Below are positions 45,188 through 54,779 of a stretch of 64,000 bases of DNA, one piece after another. The notes under the pieces were generated by a model that did not search any database, was not told the DNA's origin, and saw only the letters and a list, made by a program, of their open reading frames with translations. The translations under genes and the position numbers were made by a program. This DNA comes from Candidatus Sumerlaeia bacterium (lineage in GTDB: Bacteria > Sumerlaeota > Sumerlaeia > SLMS01 > JANRJK01), in assembly GCA_033764015.1 (NCBI GenBank), contig JANRJK010000013.1, positions 192,001 through 256,000 on the forward strand, in the 5' to 3' direction. The stretch's first letter is position 1. Each line of letters begins with the position of its first letter.

Positions 45188-46561
45188 ATGAAGACGATCA
45201 TCGAGCCGTTCAAGATCAAGGCGGTCGAGCCGATCCGCATGACCACCGCGGACGAGCGCCGCGCGCTGCTCGCCGCCGCCGGGTACAACCCCTTCCTGCT
45301 CCGCGCGGAGGACGTGCTGATCGACCTGCTCACGGACAGCGGCACCTCCGCCATGTCCGCGGAGCAGTGGGCCGGCATCATGCGCGGAGACGAGAGCTAC
45401 GCCGGCGCCCGCTCGTGGCAGCGGTTCGAGTCGACCGTCCGCGAGTTGTACGGCTTCCAGCACATCATCCCCACCCACCAAGGGCGCGCCGCGGAGCGCA
45501 TCCTCTTCCAGCTCATCTGCAAGCCCGGCCACGTGGTGCCCAACAACACGCACTTCGACACCACCCGCGCCAACGTCGAGTTCACCGGCGCAAAGTGCCT
45601 CGACCTGGTGATCCCCGAGGGTCGCGACCCGCGCTCGACCCACCCCTTCAAGGGGAACATGGACCTCGCGGCGCTCGAACGCGCCATCGTGGAACACGGC
45701 GCCGGGAACATCCCGATCATCATGCTGACGGTGACCAACAACGCCGGCGGCGGCCAGCCGGTCTCCATGGAGAACTGCGCCGCCGTCTCCGCCATCGCGC
45801 GCCGCCACGGGATCCCCTTCTACCTCGACGCCTGCCGCATCGCGGAGAACGCGTGGTTCATCCGCGAGCGCGAGCCGGGCTACGGGCACTTCACGCCCAC
45901 GGAAATCCTCCGCGAGATGTGCGCGCTGGCGGACGGCTGCACCATGTCGGCGAAGAAGGACGGCCTCGCGAACATCGGCGGGTTCCTCGCCGGCAACGAC
46001 CCGAAGCTCGCGCAGCTCGAACGCAACCTGCTCATCCTCACGGAGGGCTTCCCGACCTACGGCGGCCTCGCGGGGCGCGACCTCGAGGCGGTCGCCATCG
46101 GCCTCCGCGAGGCGCTCGACGAGGACTACCTGCGTTACCGCGCGGCCTCGACGCGCTACCTCGGCGAGCACATCTCCCGCGCCGGCGTCCCGATCGTCCA
46201 GCCCCCCGGCGGCCACGCGATCTACATCGACGCGAAGGCGATGCTGCCGCACATCCCGCCCCGCGAGTACCCCGGACAGGCGCTCGCCTGCGCGCTGTAC
46301 GAGCACGCCGGCATCCGCGGCGTCGAGATCGGCACCGTCATGTTCGGCAAGGTCGGCCCGGACGGCCTCGACACCCCCGCGCCGATGGAGCTGGTGCGCC
46401 TCGCGATCCCGCGCCGCGTCTACACGCAGAGCCACATCGACTACTGCGTGGAGGCGATCCTCGAAGTGAACGAAGGCCGCGAAGAGCTGCGGGGCCTGCG
46501 CATGGTCGAGCAGGCCCCGTTCTTGCGCCACTTCACGGCGAGGTTCGAGCGGCTGGGATAG
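45188..46561 (+). CDS. tnaA: Tryptophanase (beta-eliminating lyase)
   Basis: EPFKIKAVEP, DLLTDSGT, HQGRAAE, MSAKKD (PLP Lys), EGFPTYGGL, LRHFTARF; SAKKD and RHF favour tryptophanase over tyrosine phenol-lyase (SGKKD, RFF). Confidence 0.88.
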   Translation: MKTIIEPFKIKAVEPIRMTTADERRALLAAAGYNPFLLRAEDVLIDLLTDSGTSAMSAEQWAGIMRGDESYAGARSWQRFESTVRELYGFQHIIPTHQGRAAERILFQLICKPGHVVPNNTHFDTTRANVEFTGAKCLDLVIPEGRDPRSTHPFKGNMDLAALERAIVEHGAGNIPIIMLTVTNNAGGGQPVSMENCAAVSAIARRHGIPFYLDACRIAENAWFIREREPGYGHFTPTEILREMCALADGCTMSAKKDGLANIGGFLAGNDPKLAQLERNLLILTEGFPTYGGLAGRDLEAVAIGLREALDEDYLRYRAASTRYLGEHISRAGVPIVQPPGGHAIYIDAKAMLPHIPPREYPGQALACALYEHAGIRGVEIGTVMFGKVGPDGLDTPAPMELVRLAIPRRVYTQSHIDYCVEAILEVNEGREELRGLRMVEQAPFLRHFTARFERLG

Positions 46562-47864
46562 CGGTCCGAGCGGGAGTCGCGGTGCCGGTGGCACCCGCGA
46601 ACCAAGCCTCGTGATCTCGCACCGCCTTCTCGATGGCCTCGAGGTGCTCCTGCCCTTCGCGGCTGGCCCATGGCGAGTCGTCGGCCAACGCCGCCCGGAT
46701 TCGATCCAGCATGCCCCGACGGGCATTCACGGAGTTTGTGGCGATGGTGAGGGGCCGCTTGTCGGCGAGATCGCGGGCGAGCGCCTGCTCAACGGAGTAA
46801 AGGCCGACCATCGCCTCCTTCCGCCCCACCATTCCGGCGGGAGCGATCCAATCCTTGGCGGAAAGGTTCCCCTCGGGGATAATGGAGACCACGAGATAGT
46901 AGGTTGTGTTCAAGTGGGCTGGAATCGTTACTTGGCCGGGGGCATCGTTGACATAGATTCCCGCCGCAGGGCCAGCGACGGTCTTCTCGCTCCGGGGGCC
47001 GGACATCCGGTCCATCGTGGTCACCAGCGCCCAGAACCGCTGAACGGGCTCGCCCGTCTGGACGTTGGCGACCTGGAGGGTGAGGCTACCCCGCTCCGCA
47101 CGCATCAGGGGGACGTCTCCCAAGTTCATCCGTGCCGCGGCGGCGCGGTCGTGCTCCTCCTTCCAAGGGGCCGGATCGATCGGCGCCGGCGACGCCGGGG
47201 AAGGGACATCCGCCAGCACCCGCATCGCGATCTGAAGACCCTCGAAATACCTCAGAGTCGAGGGTGGTGCGGAAGAAATCGGCGCCAGCTCGATCGTGTT
47301 CTTGCCGAGATTGTGCCGTGTCGTGCGGCCCGATACCACCAGCGACTCGGGAACCCCGGGGGCCGAAAGCGTGAAGTTGGGGTTCTTGGTGGGCGGGGTC
47401 AGCCCCACGGACCACCCGATGGGCACCCCCGGCGAGTTGATCTCGACGGACCCCGAAAGCGGCTCGAAGCCGATCGCGCAGACGAAGAAGCGCAGGTCGG
47501 CTTCCTGCCAGAATTTCTCAGGGATTTCCACGGTGCCCGTGCTGTCGCTGAGGCAGAGCTTCCGGTGGCTGCGGACGGGGCGTCGACTGCCCAGCGAACC
47601 ATCCAGGTCGTACACGCTGCTCGTGGAGGAGACGTCCACGAGCGCCCCGGCGATCGGCTTGCCGTCGGCCGCGGAGACGAGCTGGACCGAGCCCTTGCGT
47701 GGCGGAGCGGGCGTCACCCTTTGGGCGCATGCCCCCAGCAACGCCATGCCGAAGAAGACCACTGCGGCTAGAAAGAGTGCCGGCGTCCGGGACCGCGCCC
47801 GGCGGCGCGGAAATGCGGCGCCGCCCCCCGACCCGCGCGACCGCTCCACCGGTCTGTCCATCAT
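46533..47864 (-). CDS. Hypothetical lipoprotein with carboxypeptidase-regulatory-like beta-sandwich domains
   Basis: Lipobox-like LLGAC after hydrophobic stretch; DGKPIAGALVDV...SDSTGTVEI and VANVQTGEPV motifs. Confidence 0.6.
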   Translation of the reverse strand: MMDRPVERSRGSGGGAAFPRRRARSRTPALFLAAVVFFGMALLGACAQRVTPAPPRKGSVQLVSAADGKPIAGALVDVSSTSSVYDLDGSLGSRRPVRSHRKLCLSDSTGTVEIPEKFWQEADLRFFVCAIGFEPLSGSVEINSPGVPIGWSVGLTPPTKNPNFTLSAPGVPESLVVSGRTTRHNLGKNTIELAPISSAPPSTLRYFEGLQIAMRVLADVPSPASPAPIDPAPWKEEHDRAAAARMNLGDVPLMRAERGSLTLQVANVQTGEPVQRFWALVTTMDRMSGPRSEKTVAGPAAGIYVNDAPGQVTIPAHLNTTYYLVVSIIPEGNLSAKDWIAPAGMVGRKEAMVGLYSVEQALARDLADKRPLTIATNSVNARRGMLDRIRAALADDSPWASREGQEHLEAIEKAVRDHEAWFAGATGTATPARTAIPAARTSP

Positions 47865-47991
47865 GCCGTGCCCCCCTCGCGTCGCTAGGTGCGCGGCGCG
47901 GAGCGATCAACACGTCAACCGGTGTTCAATATCGCGCAAACCCGCGGAGCAGGGCAAGGCGGACAGGAAGCCGGCCAACGCGGCTCCATCG

Positions 47992-48501
47992 TCAGCCGAG
48001 GCGCACCCGCAGCTCCGCGAGGTTCGCCGGGAGCTCGCCCAGCGCCATCCGGATGTTGCTGAAGCGCGGGTCGCCGGTGACTTCCTCGAGCACGAGTCCG
48101 TCCGGCGTGGCCGGCATGTCCTCCGGCGTGTGCGACTCGTACTCGAGCAGCTCCAGCCCATCGAGCGCGCCGGCGAAGACGTCGTACTCGAACCCGCCCT
48201 CGAAGTAGTGGCGCCGCTTGACCAGCTTCCACGGGCAGAGCGCCAGCAGTTCGAGCGCGTCGCGCAGCGGGATCTCGTACTCGTACTCCGCTCGTGCCAC
48301 CTCCGCCGCGATGCCCTCCAGCACCGTGCCGGGGGGGAGCTGCTTCGACTTGATGTTCAGGTAGCCGCGGTCGCCCATGCGGCGGACGCGCACCACCGGC
48401 GATGTCGCGGTCAGGTATCCCTGGTCGATGGGCTCGGAGCGTTCCGGCAAGGCGATACGGCGCTCGCGCACGAGGAACTTGCGTTCGATCTCAATCGGCA
48501 T
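47992..48501 (-). CDS. CYTH domain protein (triphosphate tunnel metalloenzyme)
   Basis: MPIEIERKFLV, IDQGYL, VRVRR, EYEYEIP, EEVTGDPRFSN. Confidence 0.92.
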   Translation of the reverse strand: MPIEIERKFLVRERRIALPERSEPIDQGYLTATSPVVRVRRMGDRGYLNIKSKQLPPGTVLEGIAAEVARAEYEYEIPLRDALELLALCPWKLVKRRHYFEGGFEYDVFAGALDGLELLEYESHTPEDMPATPDGLVLEEVTGDPRFSNIRMALGELPANLAELRVRLG

Positions 48502-49660
48502 GGGCGTCGGCTCCGGTGCGGATTTGCGGACTGCGCCGCTCACGCGCGAGTTGTGCCAGCAGGTCCCGGATCGTCGCGGCGGCGTCCTTCCGGCGCAAGG
48601 TTCGGAGCGCGAGCGCCTGCGCCGCGGCGGCCCGCTCCCGTCGCAGGTCGCCCCGGTTGAGCGCCATCCGCAGCGCCGCGGGCAGGCTCGCCTCCGTCGG
48701 CGCGAGGAACGCCGTGCCCTCGTCCAGCGTGGCGGCGGCGTGGCGCGCCTGCGTGCTCAGCACCGGGCAGCCCGCCATCATGGCCAGCTCGAGCGCCCCG
48801 CCGACCGGCTCCCCGTCCGGTGGCAGCACCGCGAGATCCGCCGCGAGCAGCAGCGCCATCGCATCTTCACGGACTCCGAGGTGGGCGGCCTTCGGCGCCC
48901 GTCCCGCCAGGAGCGCGGCGATCCGGCGGTCCGACTCGTCCGCGGAGGTGTCGCCGGCGAGCGCGAGCCGCGCCATCGGGAAGCCCTCCGGCACCCCTTC
49001 CCAGGCTGCGAGCAGCGCCGGCACGCCCGCAGCGGCGGAGATCGGCCCGAGGTAAAGCGCCACCAGCTCCTCCGCGCGCCAGCCGAGTTCGCCCCGGAGC
49101 CGCTCGCGCCGAGCGGCGGCGTCCGCGGGCCGATCGGGCGCCCCCGCTCGGATCGTGCGCACCCGCGCGCCGAGGTCGCCCGCGACGAACGCCTCCGCGC
49201 ACTCCGCCGACGCGAACGCGACCACGCCCGCGCAGGCGCGGATCACCGCTCGCTTCACCCGGAAGGCGGGTCCGGCGCCGTGCCGCTCGGGGACATACCA
49301 AAGCGTCGGAATCCGCAACGCCGAGGCCGCGAGGCCGGGGATGATCTGGGTGCCGCTCAGGATGAAGGCGGCCTCGCAACGGTGCGCGCGGAGGAGCGAC
49401 GCGACCGCCAGTCCGTAGCGCGCCTTCCCGACGGCAAGGCCCGCCCGGGCCCCCGCGGGCACCTCCTCCAACGCCGACTCCTCGAGGTCCAGCTCGGCGC
49501 AACGGGTGCCGGACGCCTCGACCCGCGGACGCAACGGGCTCTTGTTGGGGAACACCGCGAGCGCGTCGGGCCCGCCGAGGCCGTCCTCCGCGATCATCTC
49601 CGCCAGCCACCTCGCGGACGGCGCGGGGAAGCCCGTGTGGAAGACGAACGCCGTCCTCAC
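48491..49660 (-). CDS. Glycosyltransferase family 4-like protein (divergent)
   Basis: GTG at 49660 coupled to upstream stop; LGVREDAMALLLAADLAVLP..EPVGGALELAMMAGCPVLST GT-B motif. Confidence 0.75.
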   Translation of the reverse strand: MRTAFVFHTGFPAPSARWLAEMIAEDGLGGPDALAVFPNKSPLRPRVEASGTRCAELDLEESALEEVPAGARAGLAVGKARYGLAVASLLRAHRCEAAFILSGTQIIPGLAASALRIPTLWYVPERHGAGPAFRVKRAVIRACAGVVAFASAECAEAFVAGDLGARVRTIRAGAPDRPADAAARRERLRGELGWRAEELVALYLGPISAAAGVPALLAAWEGVPEGFPMARLALAGDTSADESDRRIAALLAGRAPKAAHLGVREDAMALLLAADLAVLPPDGEPVGGALELAMMAGCPVLSTQARHAAATLDEGTAFLAPTEASLPAALRMALNRGDLRRERAAAAQALALRTLRRKDAAATIRDLLAQLARERRSPQIRTGADAHAD

Positions 49661-51114
49661 GGGGAGGAGCGCCCGGCCTCCAGCGGCTCGCGCGCGAGCC
49701 GCCGCACCGTCTCCGCCACCCCGAGCAGCACGCCGATCAGCAGGTACGTGCGGATCGTCCCGAAGGTGTCCTGCATCAGCATCGTCACCGCGACCTGCGC
49801 GACCAGCGCGGCGAGCGCGGCCAGCAGGTTGATCGACTCTCGGTCGTCCAACGCCTTCGCCGTCCGGTACGCGCGAAACCACGTCCAGGCCAGCGAGGCG
49901 ACGAACAGCAACCACAGCGACACGCCCGCCAATCCGTATTCCGTGATCATCTGCACGTAGCCGAGGTCGATATAGAAGCGCTCCTGCCACGTGTCCTGGA
50001 TGGCGAACGTTTCGCCGACGGGGCGGTACTGCTTCCAGAAGTGGTCGTAGTAGTTGTGGCCGATCCCGGTAAGCGGGTTCGCCTTCACCATCTCGATGGC
50101 GATCGTCAGGTTGTCGTGGCGCTGCGCGAGCGATGCGTCGAGCCGCACGCTCTGCGCGCGCTGGAAGCGCTCGAGCAGCTTCACCCCGACGACCGGGGCC
50201 AGCAGCAGCGCCGTGGCGAGCACGCCTCCCGCAAGCAGGCGGCGGTGCTCCCACCGGCAAAGGGCGATGAAGACCGCCACCATACCGCCGAGAATGAACG
50301 GCGTCTGCCGGTTCAGCGTCAGCACCGACGCCACCGCCAGCACCAGCACGATCCCGCTGTACACCAGCCGCAGATGCTTCGACACCGTGGTCGTCAGCAG
50401 GTAGAGGCCCATCAGCGCGAAGTAGCTGTTGATGAAGCCAAATTGGATCGAGTCCTTCGCCATGCCGTTGATGCGCGGAGTCCCGTTCCACGCCGTGACG
50501 TATCGGGGCAGCGTGCGGAAGTCGAGCCCGAGGGCGAACTCCGCGAGCCCCACGAGGCCCATCGCGAACGCGATCCCGAGCGTGAACTGGAGCAGGCGCC
50601 GCCGCCTCATGCGCTCGTGGAACCTCCCCGCCAGCACCAGCAGCAGGAAGAAGTACAGCACGGGCTGGTAGTAGAGCGCCGCGCCCTCGGGCCGCTTCAC
50701 GACCGCCATCGACAGGAAGTACGCGTGGAACGCGGCGAAGGCCACCATCGGCGCGGTGATCCGCCCGTGCCAGCCGCGCAGGTACAACTCGATCAGCGCG
50801 GATGCGAGGAAGAACACCGCCGCCAGGCGATTGAGCGACACCGGGAGGCCGGGCAGCAGGATCTCGCCGCCGAAGGTCGTCAGCAGATACAAGGGGAGCG
50901 TCACCGCGGTCCCGAGCAGCATCACGCCGACGCCGATGGGCAGCGCGATCATCGGCAGGACCCAGTCGGGACGCAGCAGCGACAGGGCCAGCAGCACGAG
51001 CGGGTAGAGGAGGCCAAGCGCGGCGAGCGTGTTGCGCGCCCCGCGCGGAAGCGCGGCCGAAGGGGCCCCCTGCGACAGCAGCGACCACAGGGGTGGAGGC
51101 GAGGCGAGGCTCAC
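49657..51114 (-). CDS. O-antigen ligase / Wzy-like polytopic membrane protein
   Basis: Multiple TMs; RINGMAKDSIQFG, MVKANPLTGIGHNYY, GYVQMITEYGLAG. Confidence 0.8.
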   Translation of the reverse strand: MSLASPPPLWSLLSQGAPSAALPRGARNTLAALGLLYPLVLLALSLLRPDWVLPMIALPIGVGVMLLGTAVTLPLYLLTTFGGEILLPGLPVSLNRLAAVFFLASALIELYLRGWHGRITAPMVAFAAFHAYFLSMAVVKRPEGAALYYQPVLYFFLLLVLAGRFHERMRRRRLLQFTLGIAFAMGLVGLAEFALGLDFRTLPRYVTAWNGTPRINGMAKDSIQFGFINSYFALMGLYLLTTTVSKHLRLVYSGIVLVLAVASVLTLNRQTPFILGGMVAVFIALCRWEHRRLLAGGVLATALLLAPVVGVKLLERFQRAQSVRLDASLAQRHDNLTIAIEMVKANPLTGIGHNYYDHFWKQYRPVGETFAIQDTWQERFYIDLGYVQMITEYGLAGVSLWLLFVASLAWTWFRAYRTAKALDDRESINLLAALAALVAQVAVTMLMQDTFGTIRTYLLIGVLLGVAETVRRLAREPLEAGRSSP

Positions 51115-51509
51115 GGCGCGGGCATCCCATCCCAGACGGGGCGCGCCTCCGAGGGGGCCAGCTCCGTCTCTCCGTAGCGGATCCGCACATCCCGTCCACG
51201 GCACGCCTTGCGCAGCGTCGGCCAAAGGGCCCGGTCGCGGAAGCGGAGCTCGCGGACGCCGCGCGCCGCGATCAGCTCCGCGAGCGCCTCCGAGACAAGG
51301 TTCGGTTTCTCCGACACATCCCCGACCGGGCGGAGCGCCTGGTAGTCGCTGGTCTCCGGGTAACCGAGGCGCACCAGCTCCGAGTCGCCAGGGCGCTCGA
51401 CGGAGATGCCGCCGGCGTGCGAATCGAGCAGCACCAGCAGCACACCGGGCTCAACCGCCGGACCCGCCGAGGCCGCGTTGCGGACTTCAAGCACACGCCC
51501 GCCGCTCAC
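51111..51509 (-). CDS. Small hypothetical protein
   Basis: GTGA-coupled on both sides within the operon; no recognisable motif. Confidence 0.55.
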   Translation of the reverse strand: MSGGRVLEVRNAASAGPAVEPGVLLVLLDSHAGGISVERPGDSELVRLGYPETSDYQALRPVGDVSEKPNLVSEALAELIAARGVRELRFRDRALWPTLRKACRGRDVRIRYGETELAPSEARPVWDGMPAP

Positions 51510-54500
51510 GGCGCGGGGGCCTCGGGCTGCCCGAGTTCCGACACCGCCTGCTGCAGGCGGCGGAACAGCTCGCGCTGGAAGGGCGTCGCCGCCTGCTGGC
51601 GAAGCGACGTCAGGAGCCGTTCCGCCGTCACGCGGTCCCGTTCGGCGAGCGCGATCCGCAGCCGCATGGTCAGCGTCTGCGCGTCCGCCGGCGGTGAATC
51701 GATCCCGATGCGAAGGTCCAGCAGCGGGCGGGCGTTCGCCTCGTCGCCGAACATCTCGAACAGGCATGCCGCGGCCACCTGCACATCCTGAGGGGTGGCC
51801 TCGGCGATCTTCCCGAACGCTTCGCGGAGCGCCTCGGGAACTCCGGACTCGCTGGATGCGAGCCGCCGCGCGAGTGCGTAGCGGTACGTCGCGAGGAAGG
51901 CGGGGTGCAGCGGCTCCGTCTCCGCGCCCGCTTCGCCGAGCAGCCGCGAAGCCTCCTCGAAGGCGCCCTCACGGGCAGCGATCAGTGAGGAGAGGAGTCG
52001 GTAGTCCCCGGGCCGCGTTTCGTCGGCGAGCAGCATGCGGACCGCGTCGCGGGCATCGCCGGACTGCCGCGCGCGGAGCGCGATGGTGGCGAAGGCCCCC
52101 AGGAACTCGCGGCGCCGCGCGAGCACCGCCTCCCGGTGCCCGCGCAGGAACGCCCGTTCGGCCCATCGCTCCGGCCCGGGCAGCGGGGCGACCGCCCGCG
52201 CGATGATCCGCATCCGCCCGTGCGACGTCCGGTAGTCCGACCAGTACGCCGCGTCCAGCGCGTCGCGGTATAGCGTCTCGCGCAGGTGTTGCGGCGCGAA
52301 GTGGTCCAGCGTCGCCGCCACCGCGACCGCCTCCTCCTCCGACGGATCGCCCGCCTCGCCGGTCGCCGCCGACGCGAGCAGCTCCAGCAGCGTCGAGTAC
52401 GAGACCACGTCGCCCGGATTCATCGACACCGCCTTGCGCAGGTGCCGCATCGACTCGGCCAGGTGCTCCGCCGCCTCCGCTTCCGGCACGTAGCGCGCCA
52501 GCAGGCGGTGCGAGCGGAAGAGCGTCGCGTGGCTGAAGTGGAAGGTCTCCTCGCCAAGGGCGGCGCGAAGCTTGGAGATGCCGGTGCGCGCGTTGTTCGT
52601 GGCGTAGGCGGCGAGTTCCGCCGCGCGCCGCTCGTCGCCCGAGCGGCCCGCGGCCTCCGCCTCGCGGAAGACCAGTTCCGCCTCACGCACATAGAGCTGA
52701 CCCTCCAGCGACTGCAGCGGGCCGGACGCGGGGATGTAGTAGCTCGCAGAGTTCGCCCGCTCTTTGGCGCCGGCAAGCTCCGCGTAGGCGGCGTCCAGCC
52801 CCTCGCGGGTTCGCTGCTCCACAAACGCCCCCGCGGTGGACGCCATGCGTTGCGCGTCCGCACGGAGCAGTGTGCCGCTGAACCAGCGGCACGCGGTCGC
52901 CGAGAAGACCTGCGCAGCCACAAGCGCGACCGTCACCGTCATCAGCATCGCCAGCGCCGTCGGCAGCGCCGGGTACACCGCGGCCACCGTGTTCGCCGGA
53001 GCCGGCTCCCGCACGGTGCTCCCCGGGGCGGGCGGCTGCTCCGGATCCGCGAGCGGCGCCAGCCATAGCTGGTCGCCCGAGGAGAGCATCGCCAGGAGCA
53101 CCGCCAGCGTCATCGCCAGCGGGGGTATCCGCAGGGGGAAGTCCGCCCCCGCGTGCAGCAGCAGGCCCAGCGCCGCCGCGAAGATCCCCGCCTGCAGGAT
53201 CGTCCGCGTCGGGGTCAGCGTCGACCCCATCGCCAGCCATCCAAGCCGCAGTGCGGCGAACAAGCCGGCCAGCGCGAGCCCGAGGCCCACCGCGCCGGTC
53301 TCGATCATCGTCTGCAGGTACTCGTTGTGCGCATGGAAGGAGCGCAGCGCCGTCGGCGCCAGCAGCGAGCGCGGATGCTCTTCGAAGTACGCGCCCTGCC
53401 AGTCCGGATAGATGTATTGGAACGCTCCGAACCCGTGCCCCAGCAGCGGGGCGTCCAGCACCATCGGGATGCCGATCGCAAGGATCCGCAGGCGCGTCTC
53501 CGCGAGCAGCCGCTCGCCCGAAACATCGTTGAGCCGCTGCGTGATCGTGATGTCCCGCCTCGCGAGCGGATTCAGGTCCGACACCACGAGTTGCGAGACC
53601 ACTAGCACCGCCGCCAGCGCCAACCCGCCCAGGATGTAGTGGCGGGGCACGCGCAGCAGCGAGAAGCGCCACGCGAGCATCCGGAACAAGAGCAGGCAAA
53701 GGACGAGGATCGGCACCACCGCGCGGCTTTGGGCGAGCACAAGCACGTAGCCGATCAGGCCGAGCGCGCCCACGATCGCGGCGCGCATCCACCGCTCGCT
53801 CGAATTCCGCGTGCCGAACAGCAGCGCGGCCAGAAGCAGCGTCGGCGCGATCAGGAAGCTGCTCAGGCCCGTGTTGTGCCCGATGAAGGAGCCCAGCGCG
53901 TTGCGGTGGTCCGCCTCGACGAACCGCACCCAGAAGCCATCGAGCAGTCCCGGCGCGACATGCTGCAGCGCGGAAACCGCCGCGCAGAGCACGCCCACCG
54001 ATATCAGCAGCCCCACCGCCTTGTACGCCAGCAGCCGCGAGCGCAGCAGGAACTCCGCGCAGAAGTAGAACGCCAGCCCGGCGGCGACCTGCAGCAGCGC
54101 GGTCAGCGAGTGGAAGAACCCACCGCCCCCGGAATCCGGCAGGCCCTGCGGGAGCGCGAAATCCGGAACGAACTCGGGCGGCCAAAGCCGCAGGCTGAGC
54201 GCAGACCAGGCGAGGAAACCGAGTGCGGAAAGGCGCACCGCCCAGCGGAGCGCGCGACGGCTCGCATCGGGCGCCGCGAACTCGAAGACCCGCGCCACCT
54301 TCAGCCGCTCGAGGCAGACGCCGAAGAACAGGAACGGAAGGAGGAGCACCGTGCAGGCGGCCCAGGCGAAGAACTTCATCTCGAGCACCGGGGCGAAGCC
54401 GCCCAGGTAGAACTGCAACTGGTCGATCCAGATCCACTTCTGGAAAGCGTCGCGCGCTTCCCGGTCCCACCCGCCGAACGCTCCCGCGAACCGCGCGAGC

Positions 54501-54727
54501 CGGTCCAGCAGCTCAAGCGAGGTCTCGTTCGAGAAGAGGTACACGTACATCAGCGGGACGGCGAGGAGCGCCGTCAGCAGCGCGAGCTCCGCGCCGCGGC
54601 GCGCCAACGCCCCGAGCTGCTCGCCGGCGGAAAAGCTGTGGACCGCGCCGCCCCTGCGGGCCACTTCTTGCGAGAGGAACAGTTGCGGCGGCTTCCGCGC
54701 CAAGCGGCTCTTCGACGACGTGTTCAT
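51506..54727 (-). CDS. O-antigen ligase (Wzy_C) family protein with long C-terminal TPR-like region
   Basis: GSFIGHNT, LAQSRA, PLLGHGFGAFQYIYP, HAHNEYLQTMIETGAVG, DFPLRIP; helical Ala-rich C-terminus. Confidence 0.85.
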   Translation of the reverse strand: MNTSSKSRLARKPPQLFLSQEVARRGGAVHSFSAGEQLGALARRGAELALLTALLAVPLMYVYLFSNETSLELLDRLARFAGAFGGWDREARDAFQKWIWIDQLQFYLGGFAPVLEMKFFAWAACTVLLLPFLFFGVCLERLKVARVFEFAAPDASRRALRWAVRLSALGFLAWSALSLRLWPPEFVPDFALPQGLPDSGGGGFFHSLTALLQVAAGLAFYFCAEFLLRSRLLAYKAVGLLISVGVLCAAVSALQHVAPGLLDGFWVRFVEADHRNALGSFIGHNTGLSSFLIAPTLLLAALLFGTRNSSERWMRAAIVGALGLIGYVLVLAQSRAVVPILVLCLLLFRMLAWRFSLLRVPRHYILGGLALAAVLVVSQLVVSDLNPLARRDITITQRLNDVSGERLLAETRLRILAIGIPMVLDAPLLGHGFGAFQYIYPDWQGAYFEEHPRSLLAPTALRSFHAHNEYLQTMIETGAVGLGLALAGLFAALRLGWLAMGSTLTPTRTILQAGIFAAALGLLLHAGADFPLRIPPLAMTLAVLLAMLSSGDQLWLAPLADPEQPPAPGSTVREPAPANTVAAVYPALPTALAMLMTVTVALVAAQVFSATACRWFSGTLLRADAQRMASTAGAFVEQRTREGLDAAYAELAGAKERANSASYYIPASGPLQSLEGQLYVREAELVFREAEAAGRSGDERRAAELAAYATNNARTGISKLRAALGEETFHFSHATLFRSHRLLARYVPEAEAAEHLAESMRHLRKAVSMNPGDVVSYSTLLELLASAATGEAGDPSEEEAVAVAATLDHFAPQHLRETLYRDALDAAYWSDYRTSHGRMRIIARAVAPLPGPERWAERAFLRGHREAVLARRREFLGAFATIALRARQSGDARDAVRMLLADETRPGDYRLLSSLIAAREGAFEEASRLLGEAGAETEPLHPAFLATYRYALARRLASSESGVPEALREAFGKIAEATPQDVQVAAACLFEMFGDEANARPLLDLRIGIDSPPADAQTLTMRLRIALAERDRVTAERLLTSLRQQAATPFQRELFRRLQQAVSELGQPEAPAP

Positions 54728-54779
54728 GCCCCAAACCGTTCGGGCACAGCCCCTCCAAGCCAAGAGAGATTCAGCCCGC

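Noticed and set aside
45188..46561. Tyrosine phenol-lyase call, and a tnaC-like leader peptide
   Set aside because: SAKKD and LRHFT fit tryptophanase better; the 131-bp upstream region shows no Trp-containing leader ORF I can support.
47992..48501. CYTH protein as a class IV adenylate cyclase tied to the signalling block
   Set aside because: Most short CYTH proteins of this type are triphosphatases, and it lies in the glycosyltransferase operon far from the block.
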